25,404 nucleotides of DNA from a virus (taxonomy: Duplodnaviria; Heunggongvirae; Uroviricota; Caudoviricetes), in IMG/VR virus record IMGVR_UViG_2534681674_000010. One strand, written 5' to 3'. The translations under genes and the position numbers were made by a program. The notes below the pieces were generated by a model. That model ran no database searches. It was not told the origin of the DNA and saw nothing but the letters and a program-made list of their open reading frames with translations. This document shows positions 7,880 to 16,626 of the stretch, piece after piece (position 1 is the first letter of the stretch; each line of letters starts with the position of its first letter).

Positions 7880-8929
7880 TTACCCGAGCACGCCAGTCGC
7901 AAAGGCGTGATCAAGAAAACGAAAAATTAACTCAATCTGAGAGCCGTACTTTTTCTCAAACTTCAGCGGGTCTGCATGAAGTTCGTTGTGGTGCTCCCGG
8001 CACAACGGTAGCGTGAAAATATCGTGGGCCTTTGTTCCCACTCCCCCCTGACCATGACCAATCAGGTGATGCGGATCGTCAGCTGGCTTACCACAACACG
8101 CACACGGCTGTGTCTTTACCCAGCGCGTGTATTTCTCATTAACCCAACGGCGACGTTTAGGCCGCCTCATGAACGATTCAGGAGACTCCGGATCAACGGC
8201 GATACTGACAACCGTTTTTTTCTGTGGTGGATTTTGTTGCTGGTGGACGTGAAGTGGCAGCGCAATATTTTTTGTGCGCTGCTTCAGTATGCTGATGGCT
8301 GTCTGTTCTCCCGGTACGATGTCACTCTCACGGTATACGGAGCGGATTTTTTCCGCTGGTAATCCCAGCGAACGACGCGCTACTGCCTCAGGTAGTGCAT
8401 CCACCACCTGATTGCAGGCCGCCCACCAGGATAATTCGGCCAGCGATAACTCCCTCTCCTGCGTACCGCTTATTGCGTGACGGATGACATCAATCATCCA
8501 GGCAACCAGATTCTGCTGAGCAAGTTGATCGAGTGATTCTGATGTCTGGTCGCGCAGCTGGTTGTCACAGTGCCAGCACAACACCATCGCGCCGGTACCA
8601 TAACGGTGAATGACTGTTTCGCTGTGATGATAATCGCCGTGTGGCCACTGGCAGGATTTCACGTGACGTAATAACCAGTCAGACAGTGCACCTGCACCAC
8701 CTGCTGCACGAATAACCCGCTCATCGCTGAAAAATGGCAGTAATGTTTTATCCTCTGCCAGCGGCTGGCGAACGGCAGGAACGACTCCGGACGGCAGACC
8801 ACGCATGTTTTTCGGTTCCGGCTCCACCAATATTCTGCCGTTATGGAATACTGACATTGATTCACGGCCTGGCTTAACGATAACCAGACCGAGTTCCGGT
8901 ACCAGAACAGGTCGAAGTAATACCCGCAC
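7880..8929 (-). CDS. YdfU-like DUF968 protein with C-terminal Cys/His (HNH-like) motif
   Basis: 349 aa, same length as recalled Qin YdfU; C-terminus CACCGKPADDPHHLIGHG...LCREHHNELH; GTG start at 8929 with GGAGG 5 nt upstream. Confidence 0.65.
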   Translation of the reverse strand: MRVLLRPVLVPELGLVIVKPGRESMSVFHNGRILVEPEPKNMRGLPSGVVPAVRQPLAEDKTLLPFFSDERVIRAAGGAGALSDWLLRHVKSCQWPHGDYHHSETVIHRYGTGAMVLCWHCDNQLRDQTSESLDQLAQQNLVAWMIDVIRHAISGTQERELSLAELSWWAACNQVVDALPEAVARRSLGLPAEKIRSVYRESDIVPGEQTAISILKQRTKNIALPLHVHQQQNPPQKKTVVSIAVDPESPESFMRRPKRRRWVNEKYTRWVKTQPCACCGKPADDPHHLIGHGQGGVGTKAHDIFTLPLCREHHNELHADPLKFEKKYGSQIELIFRFLDHAFATGVLG

Positions 8930-8930
8930 G

Positions 8931-9218
8931 TTACCTCCAGATGCGCTGCTGGAATGTGCGGGACGGACGCGGTGGGCGTTCGGAATAAGGGAGCCTGACG
9001 GAGATTATCCAGTGACGACGATCGAAGCTGAGGGTTTTCTCAAACTCATATCCGCGCCTGCGGTAACACTGGATCAGCCATTCGGCCTGTTCTTCAGTGC
9101 ATAGGGGATGCTGGAACCAGTCGGTTTTAAATACGTGCGAACACCGCCCTTGCCTACTGGCAAGGGCGGCAGAATTGTGCAATCTGCTATCGTGCGCCAT
9201 CGGGATCTCCGGTGGCAC
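8931..9218 (-). CDS. hypothetical protein
   Basis: 95-codon ORF, stop overlaps YdfU-like start. Confidence 0.45.
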   Translation of the reverse strand: MPPEIPMAHDSRLHNSAALASRQGRCSHVFKTDWFQHPLCTEEQAEWLIQCYRRRGYEFEKTLSFDRRHWIISVRLPYSERPPRPSRTFQQRIWR

Positions 9219-9253
9219 GGTGTTTCTCAGCGACGGTTCAAGTCAGCCTGATT

Positions 9254-9526
9254 TTATAGCTGCTTCTGAATATCATCAACAGGTAATCCTGCCAACTCTC
9301 TTACCTCAGAAAGAAGAGAAAGGCTTACAACAACCTCATTACTTCGCATAACAAAACCACATTGAAAAGAACCATCACTGTTTCTGTAAACAACAACCGG
9401 GCGCGTGCTCTCATAAAACCCCGGGATCAAACTGGCTGGGATTTTCACAACACCTCCTGACGTAAAGGAAATGAAATGCATTATCGCTTCTCTCGGACTA
9501 TAACCATGAAAAGAGACGCATTTCAC
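9254..9526 (-). CDS. hypothetical protein
   Basis: 90-codon ORF; true start may be internal (MHFISFTSGG). Confidence 0.4.
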   Translation of the reverse strand: MKCVSFHGYSPREAIMHFISFTSGGVVKIPASLIPGFYESTRPVVVYRNSDGSFQCGFVMRSNEVVVSLSLLSEVRELAGLPVDDIQKQL

Positions 9527-9704
9527 TCAGTAAATCTGAGGATTTTATGCGCAAGAACAATGACTTTTTCTGTCTGCCGTTTATACAATCTGAATTACGT
9601 CTATTTTTTGAACACCGATAAATCAGCAAGCATTCTCAAATAAAGATTGCCTCCATAGTCCACATGGTGTAACACTATGTGTTATATAAAATGCAGAGGC
9701 AGGT

Positions 9705-10076
9705 ATGCGAATTTTCAAAAACGCCTGGTTTGAACGTTTCGCCCGAAAACATCGGATTTCCGATAAATCGCTGCGCAAAATCGTGGAGCAGGCCGATAAG
9801 GGGATCATATCCGCAAATTTGGGTAGTGGTGTCATTAAACAAAGATTAGCCCGAAGTGGTGGCGGAAAATCAGGCGGTTACCGGACAATAATTTTTTACC
9901 GCGTTGCAGAAAAAGCCTTTTTCATCTACGCATACGCAAAGAATGAACGAGAGAATATCACTGCTATAGAGGAAAATGCTTTTCGAAAAGCCGCTCCCCA
10001 TGTCCTCAATCTTACTGATGAACAGCTGGCACAATTGATTCAACAAGGCCAGTTCACGGAGGTACCCAATGAGTAA
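9705..10076 (+). CDS. RelE/HigB-family type II toxin (HigB2/Gp49-like)
   Basis: 123 aa; GGYRTIIFYRVAEKAFFIYAYAKNEREN...AFRKA typical of RelE-fold toxins; 8-nt overlap with downstream HTH gene. Confidence 0.65.
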   Translation: MRIFKNAWFERFARKHRISDKSLRKIVEQADKGIISANLGSGVIKQRLARSGGGKSGGYRTIIFYRVAEKAFFIYAYAKNERENITAIEENAFRKAAPHVLNLTDEQLAQLIQQGQFTEVPNE

Positions 10077-10386
10077 AAATTACCGCAGTGATGCACTTGC
10101 ATCTGTACATGAAATGATGGAGTCACTCCATGATATCGGTGCAATCACAAAACAAACTATGCGCGAATTCGATGAAACTTGTCTTCAGCCTGCGCCGGTA
10201 ATGTCTCCGGAAAGGATCCGTGCACTGCGAGAACGAGAGCATCTGTCTCAACCTGTTTTTGCCAGATACCTCAACGTCAGTAAAAACCTGATATCAGACT
10301 GGGAACGAGGAGTGAAACGCCCGGGAGGTGCAGCTCTTCGGCTTCTTTCAGTTGTCGAGAAAAACGGGATCCAGGTAATATCCTGA
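10069..10386 (+). CDS. HTH (XRE-family) antitoxin, HigA2-like
   Basis: 105 aa, C-terminal HTH LSQPVFARYLNVSKNLISDWERGVKRPGGAALRLL; overlaps toxin. Confidence 0.7.
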   Translation: MSKNYRSDALASVHEMMESLHDIGAITKQTMREFDETCLQPAPVMSPERIRALREREHLSQPVFARYLNVSKNLISDWERGVKRPGGAALRLLSVVEKNGIQVIS

Positions 10387-10488
10387 TATTCTAATACAAC
10401 AAAACCCGCCGAAGCAGGTTAAGTGCGGGTGCGTTGAGGATGCCTGACACATCAGAGGTGGCGAGGGATTTCTCCCTCGCCAGGTCTC

Positions 10489-10644
10489 TTACTCCTCAGG
10501 TTCGTAAGCTGTGAAGACAGCGACCTCCGTCTGGCCGGTTCGGATTCGTACCTCGCAGAGGTCTTTCCTCGTTACCAGTGCCGTCACTATGACGGTTAAA
10601 CAGATGACAATCAGGGCGATTAACATCGCCTTTTGCTGCTTCAT
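10489..10644 (-). CDS. hok: Hok/Gef-family type I toxin
   Basis: MKQQKAMLIALIVICLTVIVTALVTRKDLCEVRIRTGQTEVAVFTAYEPEE matches recalled HokD/RelF; AAGGAG RBS; GC hairpin GGCGAGGGA-tttc-TCCCTCGCC in 3' UTR (10459-10480). Confidence 0.85.
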   Translation of the reverse strand: MKQQKAMLIALIVICLTVIVTALVTRKDLCEVRIRTGQTEVAVFTAYEPEE

Positions 10645-10878
10645 AGCCTGCTTCTCCTTGCCTTTCGGCACGTAAGAGGCTAACCTACATGTGCAAAGCA
10701 TGAAATTGGCCTCAGATTAATGTTAAGCGTCCTGCAAGACGCGTAATGTTAACTGGGGCTTTTCTCTGTCTGCCTTACGGCGGCATGCCCGAGGCAGACA
10801 GCCTCAAGCACCCGCAGCAATTCTACTTAACTCTTCTTTCCCCGCAAATCATTTTATCCCCGATGGTAATGTTCTCCC

Positions 10879-10898
10879 GATATGGGAATTCCCATATC
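10879..10898. repeat. perfect 20-bp palindrome GATATGGGAATTCCCATATC
   Basis: Read directly; 18 nt downstream of the antirepressor-like gene stop. Confidence 0.5.
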
Positions 10899-10915
10899 AA
10901 GGTTAACTCAATCGG

Positions 10916-11464
10916 TTAAAGCTCCATTAATTTTCCGGCCAGTTCATCTCGTGGCATTACCAGCCATCCGCGCGATTTAAGCAAAGCCAGGGCTTCTTCA
11001 ACCGTCACCAGCTGGCCAGGCGCATAACTTCGGATGAAGGCGGTTTTATCGTCACGGATCGCCAGGTGAAAATCGATATTCATTTTTCCCATAGCCCGCT
11101 CTTTCTCGTACTGGTTGAAGTAACTGTCTTCGAGTTTTTCGAATACTTCCCACGCCTGATCGGTTTCGAGCATTTTTGCATGACGGGCTGCTCCGCGTTC
11201 TGTCCAGAGGATGAGGGAACGAACGTTACGGGCGATTTTCACAGACCCACTTAAAGATGGTCTGTGCTTCAATTCACGTAACTCTTCACCTTCGATCTTA
11301 AAAAAGTGTTTTCCAATCTGAAAGCGCCCTACATTCCTTGCAAAGTTGTTTTGAATATTCTTAACGTCTGCACCATAAAGATGCGCCAACAACTCAGTGG
11401 TAATTACAGGGATTTGGTTGTAAGTAATAGCAACAAGAGTTTCAACAGAGATTTGAGTAGTCAT
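10916..11464 (-). CDS. phage antirepressor-like protein (ORF6N/KilA-N-type N-terminal domain)
   Basis: 182 aa; N-terminal TYNQIPVITTELLAHLYGADVKNIQNNFARNVGRFQIGKHFFKIEGEELRELK pattern. Confidence 0.5.
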   Translation of the reverse strand: MTTQISVETLVAITYNQIPVITTELLAHLYGADVKNIQNNFARNVGRFQIGKHFFKIEGEELRELKHRPSLSGSVKIARNVRSLILWTERGAARHAKMLETDQAWEVFEKLEDSYFNQYEKERAMGKMNIDFHLAIRDDKTAFIRSYAPGQLVTVEEALALLKSRGWLVMPRDELAGKLMEL

Positions 11465-11624
11465 AACGACACCCTAGGGTGGTTTCTAAACTATCACCAC
11501 CGTCAGGTCTCAATCGTCGGGTGGTGAGACGTACAGGGTTGAGACTACCGGGAAACCAACCGGCGAGCTTTTCAGCTCCCCTATACGCCCCACCATAATT
11601 CAGATGTGCGCGTGCATACGACAA

Positions 11625-11707
11625 TAAAAAACACGCTCGCGGCGTGTGTCTGTCGCGGTTTCTATCCGGGGTCTCAATCCCGACGGTCAACTCGACCGTG
11701 AGGTGAA
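11625..11707 (-). ncRNA. candidate small RNA (~80 nt) with its own promoter and terminator
   Basis: Minus strand TTGACG-18nt-TATATT (plus 11712-11741), then CGGUCGAGUUGACCG hairpin, then terminator ACACGC-cgcga-GCGTGT + TTTTTTATT; region 11465-11811 has no convincing ORF. Confidence 0.3.
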
Positions 11708-11811
11708 TATAGCCCCGGATTAGTAATTACGTCAACCCCAGCGGCAAATCGAATACACCACCAGCGCTACCGCCATTGCAACTCCTACCGTTACGAATGC
11801 CTCAGGCCAGG

Positions 11812-11997
11812 TCATCGTAAACTATCCTCAGCGCCAATCAGTCCGTTTCGCTTCAGGCAGTCCATCGCTTTATACGGTAATTTGGCTGACAGGCGAAAAT
11901 CCCCCCGCAGCATCAGGCTTATTCCCTTATCCCGGGCTTTCGCTCTGACCGCTGCCTCGCTACGACCAATCAGACTGCCGATACTTTCGACTGTCAT
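11812..11997 (-). CDS. hypothetical small protein (61 aa)
   Basis: ORF MTVESIGSLIGRSEAAVRAKARDKGISL...; weak RBS. Confidence 0.35.
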   Translation of the reverse strand: MTVESIGSLIGRSEAAVRAKARDKGISLMLRGDFRLSAKLPYKAMDCLKRNGLIGAEDSLR

Positions 11998-12056
11998 CGT
12001 TCCCGCACACTACCGGAGTATCAGGATTTCAGCCCGGCACCACGTCTTCCAGCCAC

Positions 12057-12815
12057 TCACTGCTGCTCTCTGGTGGCGGTAATATCCCGGAGAATATCCC
12101 TGTGTTTGTTCAGTTCCCGCAGAGCGGCACAGACTCGCCCCCACTTCTGCACATCACTTTTCGCCCGGCGCAGCTCTCGGTTAGCCACATGCAGCGATGG
12201 TAGAATCAGGTCATCTGCTTTCGTTTCGGTGACCGATGGCTGTAACTTCACAATGTCTTCCACGATTTCTGTTTTCATTTCTTCCTGTGTTTCCGCTTCC
12301 CGGACTGGTAACGCAACACCTGCTGGCTGAGGAAAGGCTTTACCATCATTTTCCGTTACCAGCGCGGCTTTCGGCTCTGCTGGTAAATTATCGCCCGGCA
12401 TGCAGTAACGAAATCTACCGTTCTGATTAACGCGTGCCAGCCGCCCCGTTGCGGTTACCACCGCCAGCGTGGAAGCAACCTTGCGAGTACTGACACCGAA
12501 CTTACCCGCTATTTCTTCACAGGTTTTAGCCCCCTCCTGAGCGATAAACTCAATCATCATGTCAGCGCTAACTTTTGGAGCGACCTCTTCGGTTACCACA
12601 TCCGGCGCTTCAGGTTGTAGTGCCTGCCCTTCGGTTACCCCGGATTCACCTTCGACAGCCAGAAACCAGGTGTGACCCGTTTTATCAACAACGCCATTTT
12701 TTTTGAGTTCCCACAGTTCGTTGAGAACTTCTTCACGGCTGATATCAAGCCGCGCCGCCAGTTCAACAGAATTGGCTTTACCCATCGCTTTCAGTGCATG
12801 CAATACGGTTCCCAT
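12057..12815 (-). CDS. hypothetical phage protein with winged-helix-like segments
   Basis: Start at ATG 12815 with GGAGG 8 nt upstream (MGTVLHALKAMGKANSVELAARLDISREEV...); 252 aa. Confidence 0.55.
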   Translation of the reverse strand: MGTVLHALKAMGKANSVELAARLDISREEVLNELWELKKNGVVDKTGHTWFLAVEGESGVTEGQALQPEAPDVVTEEVAPKVSADMMIEFIAQEGAKTCEEIAGKFGVSTRKVASTLAVVTATGRLARVNQNGRFRYCMPGDNLPAEPKAALVTENDGKAFPQPAGVALPVREAETQEEMKTEIVEDIVKLQPSVTETKADDLILPSLHVANRELRRAKSDVQKWGRVCAALRELNKHRDILRDITATREQQ

Positions 12816-12849
12816 TAAAATTTCCTCCGGATAAAAATTACTTCTCAAA

Positions 12850-13515
12850 TCAGACAAAACCAGCCGCTTTCCGGCGTTCATACTCCTGTTTCAGCAACTC
12901 AATTGGCGTTGGTCCCAACGGGCGTTTTGGTGCCGCCAGTTGTCGCCGTACTGGCGGAACGCTCAGGCCGTTACTAACATGCTTTGCCCATTTCGTCAGC
13001 TGCCGTTCTGCAAGCCGTTTTAATTCCCCTTCGGTCATCTGGCGTTCAATCCCCTTTGAACGCATCTCGAGGCAAATGTGATACAGCACAGGCTGAGGCC
13101 ACGGATATTTGTCGCTTCCGTTATATCGCCAGGACTCATTACGCCAGCGGCGATACTCCTCCATCACAGCATCCACCGTCAGGCCAAATGGATTGGCCCC
13201 GCTTTCCGAAATCAGCGCCACAAACTCAGCCAGGTCCGGAGGCCATGTTTCACCCGCCCGGCAGCGGTCCATGCACTGGCGGCAGACCTGCCGGATTTGC
13301 TGCTCAGTCATCGCGCCAATCTGTGCAATCCAGAGCTTCGAAGGTGCGGCCCCGTTCTTCTGGGTCCAGCGGTTCGAATAAACCTCCCCCATGAGTTCCC
13401 ACAGCTTCCAGGCCGTTTCCGTCGCTGATAAATCCGTTTTCACGTTCCCACTGCTCACGTGCTGCCCGAATTTCCTGAACTGCCCGTGATGCGGTGCCAC
13501 CTGGTGCTGCTGCAT
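12850..13515 (-). CDS. replication protein P-like helicase loader
   Basis: C-terminal two-thirds (YPWPQPVLYHICLEMRSKG...RQLAAPKRPLGPTPIELLKQEYERRKAAGF) aligns with recalled lambda P; start codon uncertain, ORF overlaps O-like gene by up to 212 nt. Confidence 0.65.
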   Translation of the reverse strand: MQQHQVAPHHGQFRKFGQHVSSGNVKTDLSATETAWKLWELMGEVYSNRWTQKNGAAPSKLWIAQIGAMTEQQIRQVCRQCMDRCRAGETWPPDLAEFVALISESGANPFGLTVDAVMEEYRRWRNESWRYNGSDKYPWPQPVLYHICLEMRSKGIERQMTEGELKRLAERQLTKWAKHVSNGLSVPPVRRQLAAPKRPLGPTPIELLKQEYERRKAAGFV

Positions 13516-14344
13516 GGTTTACCCCCTTGCTGACTGGTTTAACCTGCGCCCTGACGTGATTTACGTGACGGGCGAATTTCTGCTCCCACTGAATCTGCGT
13601 AAACACTTTCCCCTCCGCTGCCCAGTAGTCCCGGAATGCGGTAAGTTCAGCAGGTGTAAATTCTGTCTCCGGCAAAGCCATCCCCCACAACGCAGCCCGT
13701 CGTCGAAAATCCCGTGACGGATACCAGCTATCGGTCATCGGAAATTTTCCGATGGGTTCGCTCAGGCCATCCAGGAATACATGGGGGGCTGCCTGTAACG
13801 ACAAAACTTCCTGCTCACTGATCGGAGCACTCTCGCGTGCGTTATGTGTGGGGTTTAGATCTTTGGGTTCCTTTGGGTTCCGTGATCCGTTTTTGGGTGT
13901 CTTTGATGGAAAATTTGGGTGTCTTTGGTTATTTTCCATGCAACAAAGAGTTCCGTTTTTGGGGCTCTTTTGTGCTGAAACATAACCGTTTTCGGTACTG
14001 TTTTTATTAACAGCACCAATTTTACCCACCTTTAAAGACACCCGTTTTTGGGTGTATTCAGGCTCGGCAACACTTTCTTCTACACCGATAAGTCGGTACA
14101 CCACAATTTGCTTTGTTCTGCCTTTTCTCTCACCGGTATCAACAATTAACCCAATCTCCATCAGGTGTCGTAAGCTGTCCTGCACAGTCTTTTTGTTCAG
14201 TTCCGTTACTTCTGCCAGTGCAGATACAGACGGGTATGCACACAAATCGGCACCGCACATATCAGCAAGCCAGGTCAATACTGACTTACTGGATGAACTG
14301 CCGGTTTTCACCTTTTTAGCCCATCGTAGTGCATCGATACTCAT
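13304..14344 (-). CDS. replication initiation protein (O position), winged-helix N-terminus and DnaT-like C-terminal domain
   Basis: N-terminus MSIDALRWAKKV...VLTWLADMCGADLCAYPSVSALAEVTELNKKTV; C-terminal FPMTDSWYPSRDFRRRAALWGMALPE...YWAAEGKVFTQIQWEQKFARH resembles recalled DnaT; iterons inside gene. Confidence 0.65.
   Translation of the reverse strand: MSIDALRWAKKVKTGSSSSKSVLTWLADMCGADLCAYPSVSALAEVTELNKKTVQDSLRHLMEIGLIVDTGERKGRTKQIVVYRLIGVEESVAEPEYTQKRVSLKVGKIGAVNKNSTENGYVSAQKSPKNGTLCCMENNQRHPNFPSKTPKNGSRNPKEPKDLNPTHNARESAPISEQEVLSLQAAPHVFLDGLSEPIGKFPMTDSWYPSRDFRRRAALWGMALPETEFTPAELTAFRDYWAAEGKVFTQIQWEQKFARHVNHVRAQVKPVSKGVNHAAAPGGTASRAVQEIRAAREQWERENGFISDGNGLEAVGTHGGGLFEPLDPEERGRTFEALDCTDWRDD
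13855..14060. repeat. iteron-like repeats; candidate replication origin inside the O-like gene
   Basis: CTTTGGGTTC x2 tandem (13861-13880), TTTGGGTGTCTTTG x2 (about 13893-13928), related copy near 13955, inverted AAAGACACCC-gttttt-GGGTGT at 14034-14055. Confidence 0.45.
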
Positions 14345-14867
14345 ACGAACCCCAGACAGATATTTGTTTATCTGCAAAGTAATATTGATACTGCTGACGA
14401 TACGCATGCTTGAAAGCAATAGCTTTTTCTATAAGCTCGTCAGTCTCACGTTCCACAACAGATGGATCCGCAAAAAGCAGCCCGGACTCCACCACATCGC
14501 CATATTCTTTGTTTAATCCGGCGATCATGTACGTAATGCTTTTTCCATCACTGATCTCACGATACAACCTGAAATCACTAATTCGGATAGCCTCCATAAT
14601 TGCCGGAATCAGCGCCGTGAATTTTTTCCGCTTATCCCTGGTGTCGATAGCTTTCCAGCGTTCGAATATCTTCACCCGGTTAACGCCCAGTGCCCGTTGA
14701 TCAACCTCGCCATCATTAAACGTGATGCGTTGAACATCGATGTTCGGGCGTTCTTTCAGAGCCCAGAATGCTTCCGTGATTAATATCGTCGCCTGCTCCT
14801 GTGTCATTCCTGGTCGACATACCCAGGCATCCAGAGCCTCACAAACCTGTTCAGGGGTGATTTTCAT
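14316..14867 (-). CDS. hypothetical early protein at the cII position (183 aa)
   Basis: Intact ORF between dicC-like and O-like genes, overlapping both ends; family not recognised. Confidence 0.5.
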   Translation of the reverse strand: MKITPEQVCEALDAWVCRPGMTQEQATILITEAFWALKERPNIDVQRITFNDGEVDQRALGVNRVKIFERWKAIDTRDKRKKFTALIPAIMEAIRISDFRLYREISDGKSITYMIAGLNKEYGDVVESGLLFADPSVVERETDELIEKAIAFKHAYRQQYQYYFADKQISVWGSYEYRCTTMG

Positions 14868-15078
14868 TGTTCAACCGCCCCGCCCGCTTTGCCTTACGAT
14901 ATTCGTCATAAACTTTGGGGTCGTACTGAAGTTCCCCGCCGGATGCCTCTTGCAGGCGCATCGCGCGACCTTCAGGAACCAGTTCCCCCCATTGAGAAAC
15001 AGCAGATGGATCAACACCAGCAGCTTTCGCTACTTTGGCTTTCGTCCCATAAAAATTAATTACGTCTGATTTAAACAT
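14851..15078 (-). CDS. dicC: DicC-like Cro-type repressor
   Basis: 75 aa from ATG 15078 (GGAGG 6 nt upstream): ...LVPEGRAMRLQEASGGELQYDPKVYDEYRKAKRAGRLNNENHP; divergent from dicA. Confidence 0.75.
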   Translation of the reverse strand: MFKSDVINFYGTKAKVAKAAGVDPSAVSQWGELVPEGRAMRLQEASGGELQYDPKVYDEYRKAKRAGRLNNENHP

Positions 15079-15155
15079 CACCCCTCCAAAGTTGAGTTTT
15101 CTCAATAGTAATCACTCAAGGAATCTCAAGTCAAGGGTGATTAAGATATCTAAAT
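15079..15155. promoter_or_regulatory. dicA/dicC divergent promoter-operator region
   Basis: Palindrome TTGAG-tttt-CTCAA and repeated CTCAAG half-sites between divergent repressor genes. Confidence 0.5.
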
Positions 15156-15563
15156 ATGAACGAGAAAACTTTAGGTCAACGAATTAGAGAAAGACGCAAA
15201 CAGGTTGGTTTAAGTCAAAACGATTTAAGCAAAGCCGCTGGCGTATCTGGCTCATCAATTTCACTATGGGAAAGCGACCATACAGCCCCGCGCGGGCAAA
15301 ATTTGCATCGCCTGGCTGAGGTATTGCAATGTTCACCAACTTGGATACTGTTTGGTGACGAGGATAAAACACCAGATCCACCAGTTGCACTCAACAGCGC
15401 CTTAGACTTATCGGAAGATGAGTTGGAGATGTTGCGATTGTATCGCGCACTTCCAAAATCAGAGCAGCAAGCACAAATCAGCGAACTCCGTGCCCGCGTT
15501 GAGAATTTTAATCGCCTATTCACCGAGCTACTAGAAGCTCGCAAACGTAACAAACATCAGTAA
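15156..15563 (+). CDS. dicA: DicA-like HTH repressor (immunity repressor)
   Basis: 135 aa; GQRIRERRKQVGLSQNDLSKAAGVSGSSISLWE...VLQCSPTWILFGDEDK matches recalled DicA. Confidence 0.85.
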   Translation: MNEKTLGQRIRERRKQVGLSQNDLSKAAGVSGSSISLWESDHTAPRGQNLHRLAEVLQCSPTWILFGDEDKTPDPPVALNSALDLSEDELEMLRLYRALPKSEQQAQISELRARVENFNRLFTELLEARKRNKHQ

Positions 15564-15752
15564 CCCCCTTCACAAATTTTAAAGCCTTACATTTCAATGT
15601 ATTGGCTTTATTTTGCATTAAATATTGAGCTTTCTCATTAAAAATACTTGACCAACATTCATGAGAAAACTAAATTACCACCCATCAAGACACCGCACGG
15701 TGTTCTCAGCAAACAGTTCCGCTACCCGGCGTTAAGGGGAAATGAGGTCAGC

Positions 15753-15908
15753 ATGGATACTATCGATCTTGGCAACAGCGAATCTCTGGTATGTGGCGTG
15801 TTCCCCAACCAGGACGGCACGTTCACCGCGATGACGTATACCAAAAGCAAAACGTTTAAAACCGAAAATGGTGCCCGTCGCTGGCTGGAAAGAAACTCAG
15901 GTGAGTGA
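15753..15908 (+). CDS. ydfA: YdfA-like protein (51 aa)
   Basis: MDTIDLGNSESLVCGVFPNQDGTFTAMTYTKSKTFKTENGARRWLERNSGE; position after dicA as in Qin. Confidence 0.65.
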   Translation: MDTIDLGNSESLVCGVFPNQDGTFTAMTYTKSKTFKTENGARRWLERNSGE

Positions 15909-15909
15909 T

Positions 15910-16038
15910 ATGGATTTCGACACAATCATGGAAAAGGCTTATGAAGAATACTTCGAAGGTCTTGCCGACGGCGAAGAAGCTCTCAGCTTCAACGAATTTA
16001 AACAGGCGCTTTCCAGCTCGGCAAAATCTAACGGCTGA
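15910..16038 (+). CDS. ydfB: YdfB-like protein (42 aa)
   Basis: ATG 15910; MDFDTIMEKAYEEYFEGLADGEEALSFNEFKQALSSSAKSNG; below ORF-track cutoff. Confidence 0.55.
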   Translation: MDFDTIMEKAYEEYFEGLADGEEALSFNEFKQALSSSAKSNG

Positions 16039-16067
16039 TAAGCGAAACAGCACCGCGAGGAATCAGT

Positions 16068-16286
16068 ATGCAGAAACGAGAACCCGTCATCATCGCACCA
16101 GACTATACCGATGATGAACTTTATGAGTGGATGCGCCAGAAAATTAATGCAGCGCAGGATCTGAAATGGGCCAATGAAGCCAGGGCTAAGCAGGCTGAAA
16201 AACTGTCCGCTCTGGAGCAGGATATCACCAATCTGGAAAAAGCAGCGGCATTAAGCATTGCCAGAATGATTACATACCCGCGTTAA
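16068..16286 (+). CDS. ydfC: YdfC-like protein (72 aa)
   Basis: Intact ORF, Qin-like position. Confidence 0.65.
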   Translation: MQKREPVIIAPDYTDDELYEWMRQKINAAQDLKWANEARAKQAEKLSALEQDITNLEKAAALSIARMITYPR

Positions 16287-16626
16287 TAGCTAACCAACGA
16301 AGCTAAGGTTGGTAATTAAGTAGTTCTCCACGGGTGAGGTGGAGTGCGTGCGCCGGACGCGGGTGAGCATCCGGCACTGACAGTTTACTGAAAGGATATT
16401 TCCCTGAAAAGTCAGACCATAACGCGAAAGCGCACGGCGAGGTAGCTGGTTCATAGATAGCCTGTCGTTAAATTTTCGTCGACCGTGCGCTTCCGGTTGT
16501 GGCAACCCGCGAAATGGTGCGGCGGTAAGTATGGCGGGGTTATTTCTTCCCCGTTGAGGACACCGGGTTGTCAGGTTGACCATACGCTTAAGTGACAACC
16601 CCGCTGCAACGCCTTCTGTTATCAAT

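Noticed and set aside
10489-10701. 70-aa ORF that could be read as mok
   Set aside because: It is only an in-frame N-terminal extension of hok with no canonical start; annotated as the 51-aa Hok from ATG 10644.
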